Virus record (IMG/VR): IMGVR_UViG_3300020044_007352 | Coordinates: 1-39,103 of that record | Origin: a virus | Lineage: Duplodnaviria; Caudoviricetes | Length of the DNA: 39,103 nucleotides | Strand: one strand, 5' to 3' | In this document: positions 1 through 10,328 of the stretch, in pieces | How the letters are laid out: each line of letters opens with the position of its first letter | Position numbering within the stretch: position 1 is the first letter of the stretch | Notes under the pieces: model-generated | The model's input: the letters and a program-made list of their open reading frames with translations, nothing else | What the model was told of the DNA's origin: nothing | The model's database searches: none | Translations under genes and position numbers: made by a program

Positions 1-1224
1 GTCGATATTACGGGTGGTAATATTGATAACGTCACGATGGATAACGTGACTATCGACGGCGTGGTAATTGACAATGCAGACATAAATACGGCAAACGTCA
101 CTACGGCGAATGTCGTAACTGCCTATATCACAACAGCCAATATTGACGATGCCGAGATAATTGATTTAACGGTATCGGGGAATACGATACTCGGAGACGC
201 CTCTGCCGACACGCTGACCATTAACTCCGGGACGTGGACGATAGGAAATGCCTACACATCAACGTATGCCGCTGGAACTGTCGCGGCGGGACAGGTATTT
301 TTAGGGTCGCATCTGTTTACCGCAACTGGCAATTCTGGCGGCACTTCAGATATACGGGCCTTCAGGATGAGGCTTGTGTCAGAAGGCGCGAACAACATAA
401 CGCAATCTGTAACAAATCTCGTCACAGCAACAAATGAATGTGCTGGAACAGTTACAACGCTGCTCGGCAACTCTTTTTCCGCTGGGTCTAACACATCTGC
501 AACAACCACAAATGCAGCCGGGAGTCAGGGCAGTATCTTCATAGTCAGTACTGGTAGTATTACAAATGCCAATGGCTTTAGGGTTATAGCTCCAACGCTC
601 AGCAGCACCGGCAACATTACCAACATGAACGGGTTTAGCGTTGGCGACGTTGGCAACGCCACAAGAATCACAAACTCCGCCTCTTTCTTGGCTGAAAATT
701 GCACCGTTTCCGGCACGCGAACAGCAGGCTTTCTGTCAGCCCAAAACTCCGGCACCGGCGCATGGGGCTTCCTCCACATCGGGACGGCGAATAATGCTTT
801 TAACGGTGCGACCCGCTTCGGCTCAACGACTGCCCCGATAAATACCGTTGACATAACCGGCTCATTTGGCCGTGGTGCGCCTGTAACCAAGACGGGGGAC
901 TTTACCCTATCTGCTACGGAAAACTGGGTAATCAACAATAAATCCGGCTCAACGTGCGTTGTTACGCTTCCAGCGGCTTCCTCATGGACGGGCAGAGAGG
1001 TAATGATGCAGAACTATCAGAATCAACTGGTAAATTCTGCGTCATCGAACGTCATCCCAATATCAGGAGGGGCGGCTGGCACAGCGATACTTCCGGCATT
1101 AGCGGAATCGTGGGTTACATTGGTGTCAAACGGGACTAATTGGGTACAGACAGAATACTTTACCCCGTCATCTGGCTCAGGATTAACACAACCTCAAGTT
1201 ATGGCAAGGACGTTAGGATGCTAG
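1..1224 (+). CDS. Tail fibre / needle-position structural protein, 5' truncated by window
   Basis: Frame is open from base 1 (VDITGGNIDNVT-MDNVT...). T/S/N/G-rich, with N-terminal 5-residue repeats (TANVT/TANVV/TAYIT/TANID) and a C-terminal 'VTKTGDFT...VTLPAAS...LVSNGTNW' module typical of phage fibre ends. Follows gp10 in P22 gene order. Confidence 0.7.
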   Translation, partial: VDITGGNIDNVTMDNVTIDGVVIDNADINTANVTTANVVTAYITTANIDDAEIIDLTVSGNTILGDASADTLTINSGTWTIGNAYTSTYAAGTVAAGQVFLGSHLFTATGNSGGTSDIRAFRMRLVSEGANNITQSVTNLVTATNECAGTVTTLLGNSFSAGSNTSATTTNAAGSQGSIFIVSTGSITNANGFRVIAPTLSSTGNITNMNGFSVGDVGNATRITNSASFLAENCTVSGTRTAGFLSAQNSGTGAWGFLHIGTANNAFNGATRFGSTTAPINTVDITGSFGRGAPVTKTGDFTLSATENWVINNKSGSTCVVTLPAASSWTGREVMMQNYQNQLVNSASSNVIPISGGAAGTAILPALAESWVTLVSNGTNWVQTEYFTPSSGSGLTQPQVMARTLGC

Positions 1225-3929
1225 TTTTAACACAGACAACAGACTTAATTGAGATTGTGCTGGGTGGTGCTGTTACCACAAATCAGCTTAAAGTCACGGC
1301 TTCGTGGCGGGATATTACGACTACAGCCTATACGCCGGGACGCACTGTATCGACCACCAATAATACGACTGACGTTACGATTATCGGTAGTCCAGCCGCC
1401 TCGACTCAGCGCGTTGTTGACCTGATAAACGTCTATAACCTTGATACAGTCGCTCAGACAGTAACGGTCAAGTTTTCAGATAACGGCACTGAATATATTT
1501 TATGGCGCGGGATACTAGAATCCAGCCAAACCCTGACGTACACAGACGCAGATGGATGGTCATTACCTATGCCTGCCGCTGGACTTGGCGGGGTAGCTAT
1601 ATCTGGTGGGCTTAACAGTAGAAGTACAGGAACAGTCAGTTTTGCAAACTCCAACGGGGTGACGTTTGGCCTCGATGGACTTGGGGTAATGACTGCCAGC
1701 GTTGCAGCAGGCGGCGGGTTAAGTGCTATTAACGTTTCGGCTGGCACGACCTCGAATAACCTGTCTGCTTTTACCTTGTCAAACTCAAACGGGGTAAGTT
1801 TCGGGCTTAACGGGTCAGTTATCACCGGCTCACATAACGGATTGACCTCACAAAGCAATCAAGCGTTCTCGGCTCCGGGCGGCTCTTCTGCTTTCCAGAC
1901 CCTTGTTTTTGCCAATTCTCAAGGGGTTAGTTGGTCAAATTCTAACGGCTCAGTTGTTGCCTCGGTAAATACCGCTTATCGCAATTCAACAGATGCGATT
2001 GGTTTAAACACGGCACAATCTAACGTAACGTGGACAGCCAACAGCAGCGGGTTAAGTCTCGACGCCAGAGGCTACGCCGGTACGGTTACAGGGGCGACAA
2101 ATGCCAGTGTAACAGCGAACAGTAATGGAGTGAGTGTATCGGTAGGCAACTACATCACGACCGCAAGGGCAAGCAATGACGCTATCGGCCTGAATACGGC
2201 TCAATCTAATGTCACTTGGACAGTCAACAGTTCAGGACTTAGTTTAGACGCCAGAGGCTATGCGGGGACAGGAACCTCGGCAACGAATGCGAGCGTTACC
2301 CTTAATTCTAACGGATTGGCTATCAGCGTAGCAGCACCCGCAGCGGCGTCGATTAACGTATCCGCCGGAACAACCAGCAACAACCTAACCGCCCTGACAT
2401 TCAGCAATGCGAACGGCTTTTCCTTTGGGCTTAACGCCTCAACGATTACCGGAAGTTATACAACTTTACCCATAGCAACCAACGTTAATGACGTAGGCGC
2501 AGCAGGCTCAACAGGTACGGCAGCGAGTTACGCCCCTGCCGACCATGTTCATGCTGGCGTGGTCAGGATTGCAGCAGGTTCTAACTTGGGCAATACCGCT
2601 GGCGATACACAAGCCAAGCATGGTAACTGGATAATCGTCGGCTCAAATAATATAACGATTTCCGGCGCAACCGGCGCAGTCTCAAACACGATGACGGTGC
2701 GTGGCCCTGATTTAACGCAGTATCTCACGACCGCCCGCGCATCCAACGACGGAATAGGACTGAATACAGCACAGTCAAATGTCACATGGACGGTCAATAG
2801 TAGTGGTTTAAGTCTGGACGCTCGCGGGTACGCGGGAACGGGGACTTCAGCGACTAACGCCTCTATCACAATGAACAGTAATGGACTTGCCATATCTGTC
2901 GGCGCACCTGCCGCAGGCGTAGGTATAGCCGCCGGAACGCGCACTGCAACAACGGCGGGTAACTTGTTATTCGATAATTCAAACGGGGTTACGTTCGGCC
3001 TAAATGCTGTCGGTGGGTCAATCATGACCGCTTCAGTCAATACCAGTTACAGGGCATCAAATGATGCTGTAGGCTTAAATACCGCACAAACCAATGTTAC
3101 TTGGACGGTTAATAGTTCAGGAATCAGTATTAACGCGGCAGGATATGCCGGAACCGGAACCAGCGAATCAGGCGCGGCAGCATTTACTTTAGATAGTAAC
3201 GGACTTGCTTTTAATGCTAATTCCCTAGCTGGCGTAGGCACGTCTGCCACAAACGCCTCTATTACGATGAACAGTAACGGACTAGCTATTTCGGTGGCGG
3301 CTCCGGGCGGCGGGATTACTCATAGCGGCTATTTTGGACACTACACAGGAAATTCCCAAGTAGCTTCTGTTCTGGGTCAAAGGTCTGTATATTTTCAGCC
3401 GATGTTTGTTGACCAAGCCTTTCAGTTTGACAACATGATGATACCTGTTATCTATACCGCAACGTCAAATTCCTCTAATTCGTTTACATGCAGGTTTGTA
3501 GTGGGCATTTACACAAGGAACGCATCTACTTTTTCTTTGTTGGCAAGCACATCGAAGGACTTTGCAATAACTAACTCAGGGACGGTCGGCAACTATTCCT
3601 TAGTAGACGGCATAAGATTAATGCCGATTGAGTGGACAAGAACCGTAACCGCAGGGGATTATTATATAGGCATAGGCTCAAGCACGACCACCGGCGGAGG
3701 AGCCGGAATGACAATGAGCAACTATGTTAACGTCCAATTAAACTCTGTAATTACTGGCGTGTTCGGGTCTGCCGCTAATGCAACACGAGGCGGCCCGATG
3801 GGAATGGGAAGATGGGGCGACTTCACAAACGTAGTGCCTGACTCTGTATCAATCGGCGCAATCTCAAACCAAAACGCGACACTCGCAAGAAGGATGCCTG
3901 TTTTCTATTTCCAGAGTAATACATTCTGA
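1218..3929 (+). CDS. Long S/T/N/G-rich repeat-containing tail fibre / adhesin-like protein (~903 aa)
   Basis: ORF 1140..3929. The ATG at 1218 overlaps the upstream stop (ATGCTAG) and is the more likely start. Two families of internal repeats and a globular beta-rich C-terminal domain. Confidence 0.7.
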   Translation: MLVLTQTTDLIEIVLGGAVTTNQLKVTASWRDITTTAYTPGRTVSTTNNTTDVTIIGSPAASTQRVVDLINVYNLDTVAQTVTVKFSDNGTEYILWRGILESSQTLTYTDADGWSLPMPAAGLGGVAISGGLNSRSTGTVSFANSNGVTFGLDGLGVMTASVAAGGGLSAINVSAGTTSNNLSAFTLSNSNGVSFGLNGSVITGSHNGLTSQSNQAFSAPGGSSAFQTLVFANSQGVSWSNSNGSVVASVNTAYRNSTDAIGLNTAQSNVTWTANSSGLSLDARGYAGTVTGATNASVTANSNGVSVSVGNYITTARASNDAIGLNTAQSNVTWTVNSSGLSLDARGYAGTGTSATNASVTLNSNGLAISVAAPAAASINVSAGTTSNNLTALTFSNANGFSFGLNASTITGSYTTLPIATNVNDVGAAGSTGTAASYAPADHVHAGVVRIAAGSNLGNTAGDTQAKHGNWIIVGSNNITISGATGAVSNTMTVRGPDLTQYLTTARASNDGIGLNTAQSNVTWTVNSSGLSLDARGYAGTGTSATNASITMNSNGLAISVGAPAAGVGIAAGTRTATTAGNLLFDNSNGVTFGLNAVGGSIMTASVNTSYRASNDAVGLNTAQTNVTWTVNSSGISINAAGYAGTGTSESGAAAFTLDSNGLAFNANSLAGVGTSATNASITMNSNGLAISVAAPGGGITHSGYFGHYTGNSQVASVLGQRSVYFQPMFVDQAFQFDNMMIPVIYTATSNSSNSFTCRFVVGIYTRNASTFSLLASTSKDFAITNSGTVGNYSLVDGIRLMPIEWTRTVTAGDYYIGIGSSTTTGGGAGMTMSNYVNVQLNSVITGVFGSAANATRGGPMGMGRWGDFTNVVPDSVSIGAISNQNATLARRMPVFYFQSNTF
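1727..3295 (+). repeat. Interspersed protein repeats in the fibre gene
   Basis: Type A (~58 aa, 'DAIGLNTAQSNVTWTVNSSGLSLDARGYAGTGTSATNAS.T.NSNGLAISV') starts near 1992, 2178, 2748 and 3063, with a partial copy near 3230. Type B ('INVSAGTTSNNL.A.T.SN.NG.SFGLN') starts near 1727 and 2352, with degenerate copies. Confidence 0.9.
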
Positions 3930-4171
3930 TGAAAATAATCGCCAAAATATCCAGTGTAGGAATTGATGGAGACTCAGTATCTATTTCTGTTATCGCCAGC
4001 ACAGATAGTTACTACTGCGCGTCCATAAATGTACGATTACCCGTAATAATAATGAATGAAAGTGCATCTATTTTTAATGATAAAATTAAGGAAGAAATAC
4101 GCAAAGCAATGGAGCACGAACACGACCAATGCGACCCAGATTGCATCATTCTTTTAGGGGGTAGAGTTTGA
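3929..4171 (+). CDS. Small hypothetical protein (possible fibre chaperone)
   Basis: 80 aa, TGATG-coupled to the fibre gene; function inferred from position only. Confidence 0.55.
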   Translation: MKIIAKISSVGIDGDSVSISVIASTDSYYCASINVRLPVIIMNESASIFNDKIKEEIRKAMEHEHDQCDPDCIILLGGRV

Positions 4172-4881
4172 AGCCACAGTTGATAGAAACAGCCGGTTAT
4201 CATAATTCTGATTTAAAGAAATCCAGCACCCGAATCATTGAGGGCGCGTCCTGGAAAAAGCAGCGCATAGTCTCCCTGATACCCGCTGGCGCGATGATAC
4301 CAACAAAGGTATATCTGTCTCACTGTGGATTGATATTCCCCCCTAACCAAGCCGTTCACAGAATGGCTGCGATGGGTATGGAAGTTGGGGAAGCCTTTAG
4401 CAACGCGATAGAACAGATTATATCGCCTGATTCACCGGTCAAGGACTGGGAATACATCTTAACCATCGAGCACGACAATATCCCGCCTGCTGACGGGGTT
4501 CTAAAGCTAATCAAGCGCATGGAAGAACACCCCGAATATGCGTGTATTGGTGGGCTTTACTGGACGAAGGGCGAGACGGGCGTACCTCAAATCTGGGGTG
4601 ATATTAAAGACCCTGTAATGAACTTCAGGCCACAGCCGCCCGTTCCCGGTCAACTTGTAGAGTGCTGGGGTACGGGTATGGGGTTTAACTTGTGGCGCAT
4701 GTCAATGTTTAAAGACGAACGATTGCGCAAGCCGTGGTTTAAGACTATGGCGAGTAAGGACGGAGTTGGCACTCAGGATTTATACGCTTGGGCTGACTTT
4801 AGGAAATACGGCTACCGGTGCGCTATAGACTGCGACATCCTTGTAGGCCACTACGACCATGTTCAAGACATCTGCTGGTAG
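4168..4881 (+). CDS. GT-A fold (GT2-like) glycosyltransferase
   Basis: Hydrophobic strand plus DxD-like 'ILTIEHDNIPP', 'GMGFNLW', acidic 'TQDLY' motif and C-terminal 'GHYD'. No transmembrane segments. Confidence 0.75.
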   Translation: MKPQLIETAGYHNSDLKKSSTRIIEGASWKKQRIVSLIPAGAMIPTKVYLSHCGLIFPPNQAVHRMAAMGMEVGEAFSNAIEQIISPDSPVKDWEYILTIEHDNIPPADGVLKLIKRMEEHPEYACIGGLYWTKGETGVPQIWGDIKDPVMNFRPQPPVPGQLVECWGTGMGFNLWRMSMFKDERLRKPWFKTMASKDGVGTQDLYAWADFRKYGYRCAIDCDILVGHYDHVQDICW

Positions 4882-4888
4882 GAAAATA

Positions 4889-5461
4889 ATGAAAAGAAAA
4901 CTTAAATCCGTACCAGTCCCCGAACCTATCCGCCTTGACATTGGCTGCGGCAAAAACAAGAAGCAAGGCTTTATCGGCGTTGACCAGTACGCAATGGACG
5001 GCGTTGATAAAGTCATGGACGTGCGCGGGAAATGGCCATGGAAGGATAGCTCCGTCGATGAAATCCATTGCTCTCATTTTGTCGAGCATTTAACGAACTT
5101 TGGCGACAAATGGGAAAGGGTGCACTTCTTCAATGAAATGTATCGCGTATTACGTCCAGAGGGCAAAGCAACACTTATATTCCCGCACTGGTGCAGCAAT
5201 CGTTACTACGGCGACCCGACGCACTGTGAGCCGTTTTCGGAAATGGGATTTTATTACCTGTCACGCGAATGGCGAGCAACCCAAGCCCCGCACACTGACA
5301 AGCAATTTAACAAAAACGGCTATGATTGTAACTTTGAATGCACGTGGGGATTTAATCTCCGTCCTGACTTATTAAGCCGTAACCAAGAGTACCAAATGGC
5401 GGCAAGCTCAACACAGAAAGAAGCCATACAAGACATTATTGCAACACTGGTTAAAAAGTGA
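4889..5461 (+). CDS. Class I SAM-dependent methyltransferase (small-molecule/glycan type)
   Basis: 'RLDIGCG' motif I, 'SVDEIHCSHFVEH', 'EMYRVLRPEG', 'DPTH'. ATG at 4889 follows AGGAAA. Confidence 0.85.
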   Translation: MKRKLKSVPVPEPIRLDIGCGKNKKQGFIGVDQYAMDGVDKVMDVRGKWPWKDSSVDEIHCSHFVEHLTNFGDKWERVHFFNEMYRVLRPEGKATLIFPHWCSNRYYGDPTHCEPFSEMGFYYLSREWRATQAPHTDKQFNKNGYDCNFECTWGFNLRPDLLSRNQEYQMAASSTQKEAIQDIIATLVKK

Positions 5462-5468
5462 GGTATCT

Positions 5469-6164
5469 ATGGGAATATTAAGTTCACTATTCGGCAGCGG
5501 CAAAAAAGCAGCAAGGGCGGCGACTGAAGCCTCAAATGTCGCAGCGCAAGGCCAGCAGCAAGCCCTCGGATTCTTGCAGCAGCAAGAGCAAATTCCTCAG
5601 AATGCTTTGCAGGGTCTAGCCGCTTATTTTCAGGTTCCCGGTCAAGCGCCTGGACAAGCCGAACTAATCGCACAGGCGCAAGGCTCACCACTTTATCAGG
5701 CCATTCTCGGTCAACGTGGCGCAGGCGAGGAAGCAATATTGCGTAACGCCTCGGTTACCGGCGGACTACGGTCTGGCAACACTAACGCGGCCTTATCCGA
5801 TTACAATATGCAACTCGAAAATCAGGCATTACTGCAAGCCTACAACGAAGCGCAAGGCCGTTCAGACTATGAAAGAAACCTGAATTTGTCAGGGCTTGGT
5901 GATTTAGCCTCAATGTCTAACGCGCCCGGAATCGCTGAATTAATGGCGGCTATTGGGCAGACAAAAGGGCAGGGCATAATCGGCGCGGCTCAAGCTAGGG
6001 AACAAGGCAGACAGAATACCTTTAACAACATTTTAGGGCTTGGCAGCATGGCACTAGGGTTTGCAGGACTTCCCGGCATTGGCGGTGCTGCGGGCGCTGG
6101 CGGTGCGTCTGGTCTTGCGTCAGGAACAAGTCGCGGTTTCATTCCGGGAATATCAAAAATATGA
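5469..6164 (+). CDS. DNA ejection protein, P22 gp7-like
   Basis: A/G/Q-rich, 'ASVTGGLRSGNT' motif, Gly-rich hydrophobic C-terminus. First of three genes in the ejection position; ATG 5469 follows GAGGT. Confidence 0.75.
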   Translation: MGILSSLFGSGKKAARAATEASNVAAQGQQQALGFLQQQEQIPQNALQGLAAYFQVPGQAPGQAELIAQAQGSPLYQAILGQRGAGEEAILRNASVTGGLRSGNTNAALSDYNMQLENQALLQAYNEAQGRSDYERNLNLSGLGDLASMSNAPGIAELMAAIGQTKGQGIIGAAQAREQGRQNTFNNILGLGSMALGFAGLPGIGGAAGAGGASGLASGTSRGFIPGISKI

Positions 6165-7378
6165 GTGCAAATCCGTTTTACGTTGCCCCTGCTGGCGACA
6201 TATCTAGTGGACTAGCCGGTATCGGCACCGTCCTGAAAGACGTAGGCGAACAGCGCAGAATCCGTGAGGAAGAAGAAGCCGCACGACTGGCAAACGAACA
6301 AGCGCAGCTTGAGATTAATGACGCTATCCAATCCGGCGACATCAATACGCTCAGGATGACAGCGGTTAAATATCCACAAGTCGCAGATGCGATTTACAAT
6401 GGATTTAAAGCGCAGAAGGATGAAGATAAAGCGTCTACTCTCGGATGGATGCGTAAAATTGTAACAGCAGGCAACCCTGTTCAGGCAAAAGCCATACTTG
6501 AAAGCGAGATAGCCAGATTAGACACGATAGGTCGTGATAGTTCTATACTTCGCGGTGAGTTAATGGATTTAGAGTCTGACCCTGAAGGGTTTGTTCAGTC
6601 TACTAAGCTAGGCTATGCCGCGATAGCGCCGGAAAACGAGTATAAGGCGTATCTGGAAGCGAATAAACGACCAGAAGCCAATACTGAAGCAGGAAAGGCA
6701 CGTCAAGACCTTGAAGCGGGACTGATAACGCAAGAAGAATTTGATCGGATAAATGCGCCTGAACAGGCCAAATTCCAGTCTGATGTTGGTAAACTTCTGT
6801 CTGACAGGCAGTTAGCCGTTCAAGAGTTCGGGGAAAATAGCCCGCAGGCGCAAGCATTGTCTGAAGCAATCACGGCAAAAGAATCAGGCGAACCGCCTAA
6901 ACTGTCAGACGTGGCAGGGCTCCGCAAAGAGTTCACCAATCTTTCTAGTAACTTTATTACGATAAAAGACGCGTTTAAGAAACTGGATTCTGCTGGAGAT
7001 AACGCGGCTGGCGACTTGGCGCTTATATTCAGCTTTATGAAAATCCTTGACCCCGGTTCGGTTGTTCGTGAGCAGGAATTTGCAAACGCACAAAATTCTG
7101 CTGGCGTACCCGAACAAATCCGCAATCAATACAACCGTATTCTTTCCGGAGAAAGGTTGTCGCCTGAACAGCGGGTAAGATTCAGGGGTGAGGCAGAGAA
7201 TATTTTTAAAGCGCAGACCGATACGCAGAAAGCAAACGAATCTACTTTCAAGGCTATAGCGCAAAGACAAGGCATGAACCCGGATGACGTGGTTGTGGAT
7301 TTTGTGGGAAGTATGCGGGATACAGCAGACAGCCAATCAATTATTGACCAAGCCGACGCGATAATAGGAAACCAGTAA
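6161..7378 (+). CDS. DNA ejection protein (gp20 position)
   Basis: 405 aa helical protein with 'GDLALIFSFMKILDPGSVVREQEF', a motif seen in podophage internal proteins; synteny. Confidence 0.65.
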   Translation: MSANPFYVAPAGDISSGLAGIGTVLKDVGEQRRIREEEEAARLANEQAQLEINDAIQSGDINTLRMTAVKYPQVADAIYNGFKAQKDEDKASTLGWMRKIVTAGNPVQAKAILESEIARLDTIGRDSSILRGELMDLESDPEGFVQSTKLGYAAIAPENEYKAYLEANKRPEANTEAGKARQDLEAGLITQEEFDRINAPEQAKFQSDVGKLLSDRQLAVQEFGENSPQAQALSEAITAKESGEPPKLSDVAGLRKEFTNLSSNFITIKDAFKKLDSAGDNAAGDLALIFSFMKILDPGSVVREQEFANAQNSAGVPEQIRNQYNRILSGERLSPEQRVRFRGEAENIFKAQTDTQKANESTFKAIAQRQGMNPDDVVVDFVGSMRDTADSQSIIDQADAIIGNQ

Positions 7379-9015
7379 TGGCAACCGCAGAACAGTATGC
7401 AAACTGGATTGTCCGAAACAAGGACAAGAAAGGCACTCCGGAATTTGAAACCGTAGTTAAGGCATATAAATTATCGAAAGGCAGCCAGCCAGTCCAGCAA
7501 CAAGCCGCGCCACAACCATCCTTGCCTGCTGGTAATGGATTTATTGGCGCACTTGAAACCGCTGGCACGATGGTATCTGGCGCACTTGCCGAACCAATAG
7601 CCGGATTAGCTGGCATGGTGCAGGCTGTCAATCCGTTTGCCGGTCAGGGCGCAGGCGTGGAAGCCGTACAAGCCACACGCGAAGCCTTAACTTTCCAACC
7701 CAGAACACAAGCCGGACAGCAGACTTTGCAGGCAACGGGCGAAGTATTACGACCCGTAGGCGAAGCAATTAAAGGCGCAGAGTCCATCTTGGGCGATACC
7801 GTATTTAAAGCCACCGGAAGCCCTGCTTTGGCCTCTGCCGCTACAACCATACCAACCGTAGCCCTAGAAGTCTTGGGTGCAGCTGGCGTTAAAGGAATAG
7901 GCGGTATTGATGAATCCGTGAAACGTGCGGCAATTTCAAAAGGCATGGCTGAAGCGGCTCCGTCTGTTGAGCAATTAAAAAACGTTTCTCGCGCGGCGTT
8001 TAAGGAAATTGATGACCTGGGGGCGGCAGTTGATAACGTCCAGTACCAGTCATTCGCTAAAAACCTGTCAAAAGAAGTCAGTAGATTAGGTCTGGATAAA
8101 GACGTTACCCCGTCAGCATACAAGGCGTTGCAGAGAATTAAGCAAGCATCTGTTGATGAAGTTGGCGACCCTAAAAACGTCAATTTATCTGAACTCGAAA
8201 CCCTGCGGTCTGTTGCTCAGGGCGCAGCGTCATCGTTAAATGCACAAGAAAAAATGATAGGCGTTAAAATTATTGACGCGATTGATGATTTTATAACCGA
8301 ACTTCCTGATTCAGCCATTAAACCCAAGTCAGGCATGGCTCCGGCTGATATTGGCGCACGCTACAAGGTAGCCCGTGATTTATGGGGCAGGGCTAGACGG
8401 TCTGAATTATTGACTGAAGCATTAGCCAAAGCGGATAATCAGGCGTCAGGCATAGAAAACGGGATAAGAGTGCAATTTCGCAGCATCCTAAATAACAAAA
8501 AACAAAAGAAGTTCTTCAACAAAGAAGAACAAGCCGCTATGCGCGAAGTGGTACAAGGAACAAAAGCAACAAACTTGTTTAAATTACTTGGCAAATTCGG
8601 CTATTCAGAAGGTCAGGCAACCAATATGCTTATGGCTTTTTTGGGTGGCGTAGGTGGTGCGGCGGCATTTGGACCGCTTGGCGCGACTATCCCTATAGCA
8701 GGACAAATATCGAAAGGACTTGCCCAGAGACTAACCAAAAATAACGCTATTTTTGCCGACCAAGTAGTGAGGGCAGGAAAAAACGGGCGCAGGATAACAG
8801 AAGCCTATTTCAAGAATACCCCGAAGGCCGCCCGTAGTGCTGAAGAACTATCAGAATTGTTAATGAGGCCGGACGTTGAGTTTAAGCAACTGCCGGATAA
8901 TGTCATTGCAATCGAAGCCGCCAAGATAGCCCGTAAAAAGCGAGAAAGAATGGCGCAGGGCGCGGGGGTTGTAACCGCAGGGGCGAGTTCCTCGGCAGCG
9001 GCAAATGAAGAATAA
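7378..9015 (+). CDS. DNA ejection protein (gp16 position)
   Basis: 545 aa Ala/Gly-rich helical protein, TAATG-coupled; synteny with P22 7-20-16. Confidence 0.65.
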   Translation: MATAEQYANWIVRNKDKKGTPEFETVVKAYKLSKGSQPVQQQAAPQPSLPAGNGFIGALETAGTMVSGALAEPIAGLAGMVQAVNPFAGQGAGVEAVQATREALTFQPRTQAGQQTLQATGEVLRPVGEAIKGAESILGDTVFKATGSPALASAATTIPTVALEVLGAAGVKGIGGIDESVKRAAISKGMAEAAPSVEQLKNVSRAAFKEIDDLGAAVDNVQYQSFAKNLSKEVSRLGLDKDVTPSAYKALQRIKQASVDEVGDPKNVNLSELETLRSVAQGAASSLNAQEKMIGVKIIDAIDDFITELPDSAIKPKSGMAPADIGARYKVARDLWGRARRSELLTEALAKADNQASGIENGIRVQFRSILNNKKQKKFFNKEEQAAMREVVQGTKATNLFKLLGKFGYSEGQATNMLMAFLGGVGGAAAFGPLGATIPIAGQISKGLAQRLTKNNAIFADQVVRAGKNGRRITEAYFKNTPKAARSAEELSELLMRPDVEFKQLPDNVIAIEAAKIARKKRERMAQGAGVVTAGASSSAAANEE

Positions 9016-9187
9016 AGCGCCTGTGACGTGGTTTATTACGTCTGGCTTTCTGGTTTATGGTTTATCAGGCTATCAAGGCGATATTTGGCACAATCACGAT
9101 TATTGGATGATTTCGCTGTTTATACTGAATAGCGCGTCACTTCTTACCTGCATCTATCTTTATTTAACAGGAAAACACCATGAATAA
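9005..9187 (+). CDS. Small two-TM membrane protein
   Basis: 60 aa with two hydrophobic segments; overlaps both neighbours. Confidence 0.5.
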   Translation: MKNKAPVTWFITSGFLVYGLSGYQGDIWHNHDYWMISLFILNSASLLTCIYLYLTGKHHE

Positions 9188-10328
9188 CGTACTTTTCCCC
9201 GCCGCTTATTTCCCCGACCCTGACAACGGCTATCCTGTCGGGCTTGGCTTTGTCTACATCGGGACGGTTGACCTTGACCCGACTATCGAGGCAAACCGCG
9301 TTACGGTCTACCTGATTGAGGAAGATGGAAACCAAGTCACTATTTTACCAGCAGCCCAGCCTTTAACACTTGGCGCGGGCGGTATTGTTTTATACAACGG
9401 CGCACCGGTTCAGGTCATGGTTAATGGTAATTACTCCATGACCGTTCAGGACAGTAACGAAGTCCAAAAGTACTATTTTGCAGACTCAGCGGTTCCTGAT
9501 TACGCGGCACAGATTCAGGATTCTAGCTATACTTACCTGACCAGCGTAGCCGGAACAAACACAATTACCGCCAGCGTTACCCCGTCGCTCACGGCTTATG
9601 CTATCGGGCAGGTATTTCACGGTATCGCGGCGAATACTAATTCAGGGGCGGTCACTCTGAATATCAATTCACTTGGTGCGGCTACCGTATTACTCAACGG
9701 CGCAGCATGTACGGGCGGAGAGTTTACCGCTGATTTGCCGTTCTTTGTCATGTGTACGTCAACCACTCCGAACACGTTTGAGATAGTCAGCCCGTCATTT
9801 AATTCGGTGGCCAGGACGCTATTAGACCAGACAACTCAATCCGACATGTTACAAACCGGCTTGGGCGTGTCAGCGGCTGGATATACGTTAGTAACCCAGA
9901 CCACGCAAGCCTTAATGCGCACCACAGGGCTTGGATTCTCGGCAGATACCTACCTCGGCGGGGCGTGGACTACCCCTACTTTTAGTGCCGGAAATTTCAC
10001 GGCCAGCGGGTCAATGACGTGGACGGTCATATCGGGTGACGTGCTGGAATATAAGTATGTGATAAACGGTAAAACCATGACCGTATCATTTTACATAGAG
10101 GGAACAATCGGCGGGACGGTAAATAATGCTTTGGCAATAGCTATCCCCGCGTCAAAAACAGCGGCTAATTCATTTAGGCAGCCTGCGTGGATTTATGATA
10201 ATAGTATAGGTCAGATTGGATTCTGCCAGCCTTCGGGAACTGAAATTATTATTCAGCTTGCGACTGGCGGTAATTTCACAGCAGGGCCAACAGGCGTTAG
10301 CGGCTCGGTGACTTTCGAGATTTCCTAA
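9180..10328 (+). CDS. Tail fibre with P22 tailspike (gp9) head-binding domain
   Basis: N-terminal 'GFVYIGTVDLDPTIEANRVTVYLIEEDG..QPLTLGAGGIVLYNG..NYSMTVQDSN' closely follows the P22 head-binding domain. C-terminus is short and fibre-like, not a beta-helix glycanase. Confidence 0.85.
   Translation: MNNVLFPAAYFPDPDNGYPVGLGFVYIGTVDLDPTIEANRVTVYLIEEDGNQVTILPAAQPLTLGAGGIVLYNGAPVQVMVNGNYSMTVQDSNEVQKYYFADSAVPDYAAQIQDSSYTYLTSVAGTNTITASVTPSLTAYAIGQVFHGIAANTNSGAVTLNINSLGAATVLLNGAACTGGEFTADLPFFVMCTSTTPNTFEIVSPSFNSVARTLLDQTTQSDMLQTGLGVSAAGYTLVTQTTQALMRTTGLGFSADTYLGGAWTTPTFSAGNFTASGSMTWTVISGDVLEYKYVINGKTMTVSFYIEGTIGGTVNNALAIAIPASKTAANSFRQPAWIYDNSIGQIGFCQPSGTEIIIQLATGGNFTAGPTGVSGSVTFEIS

Noticed and set aside
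1727-3295. Repeats as CRISPR array or DGR template/variable pair
   Set aside because: In-frame coding repeats differing at synonymous sites; no spacers, no reverse transcriptase, no evident adenine-specific variation.
1218-3929. About 30 N-x-S/T sequons as evidence of N-glycosylation
   Set aside because: The protein is so rich in N, S and T that this count is near compositional expectation.
252-8183. Many minus-strand ORFs under structural genes (e.g. 525..938, 2549..3040, 7644..8183)
   Set aside because: Antisense shadows of biased-codon genes, with no RBS or motifs.
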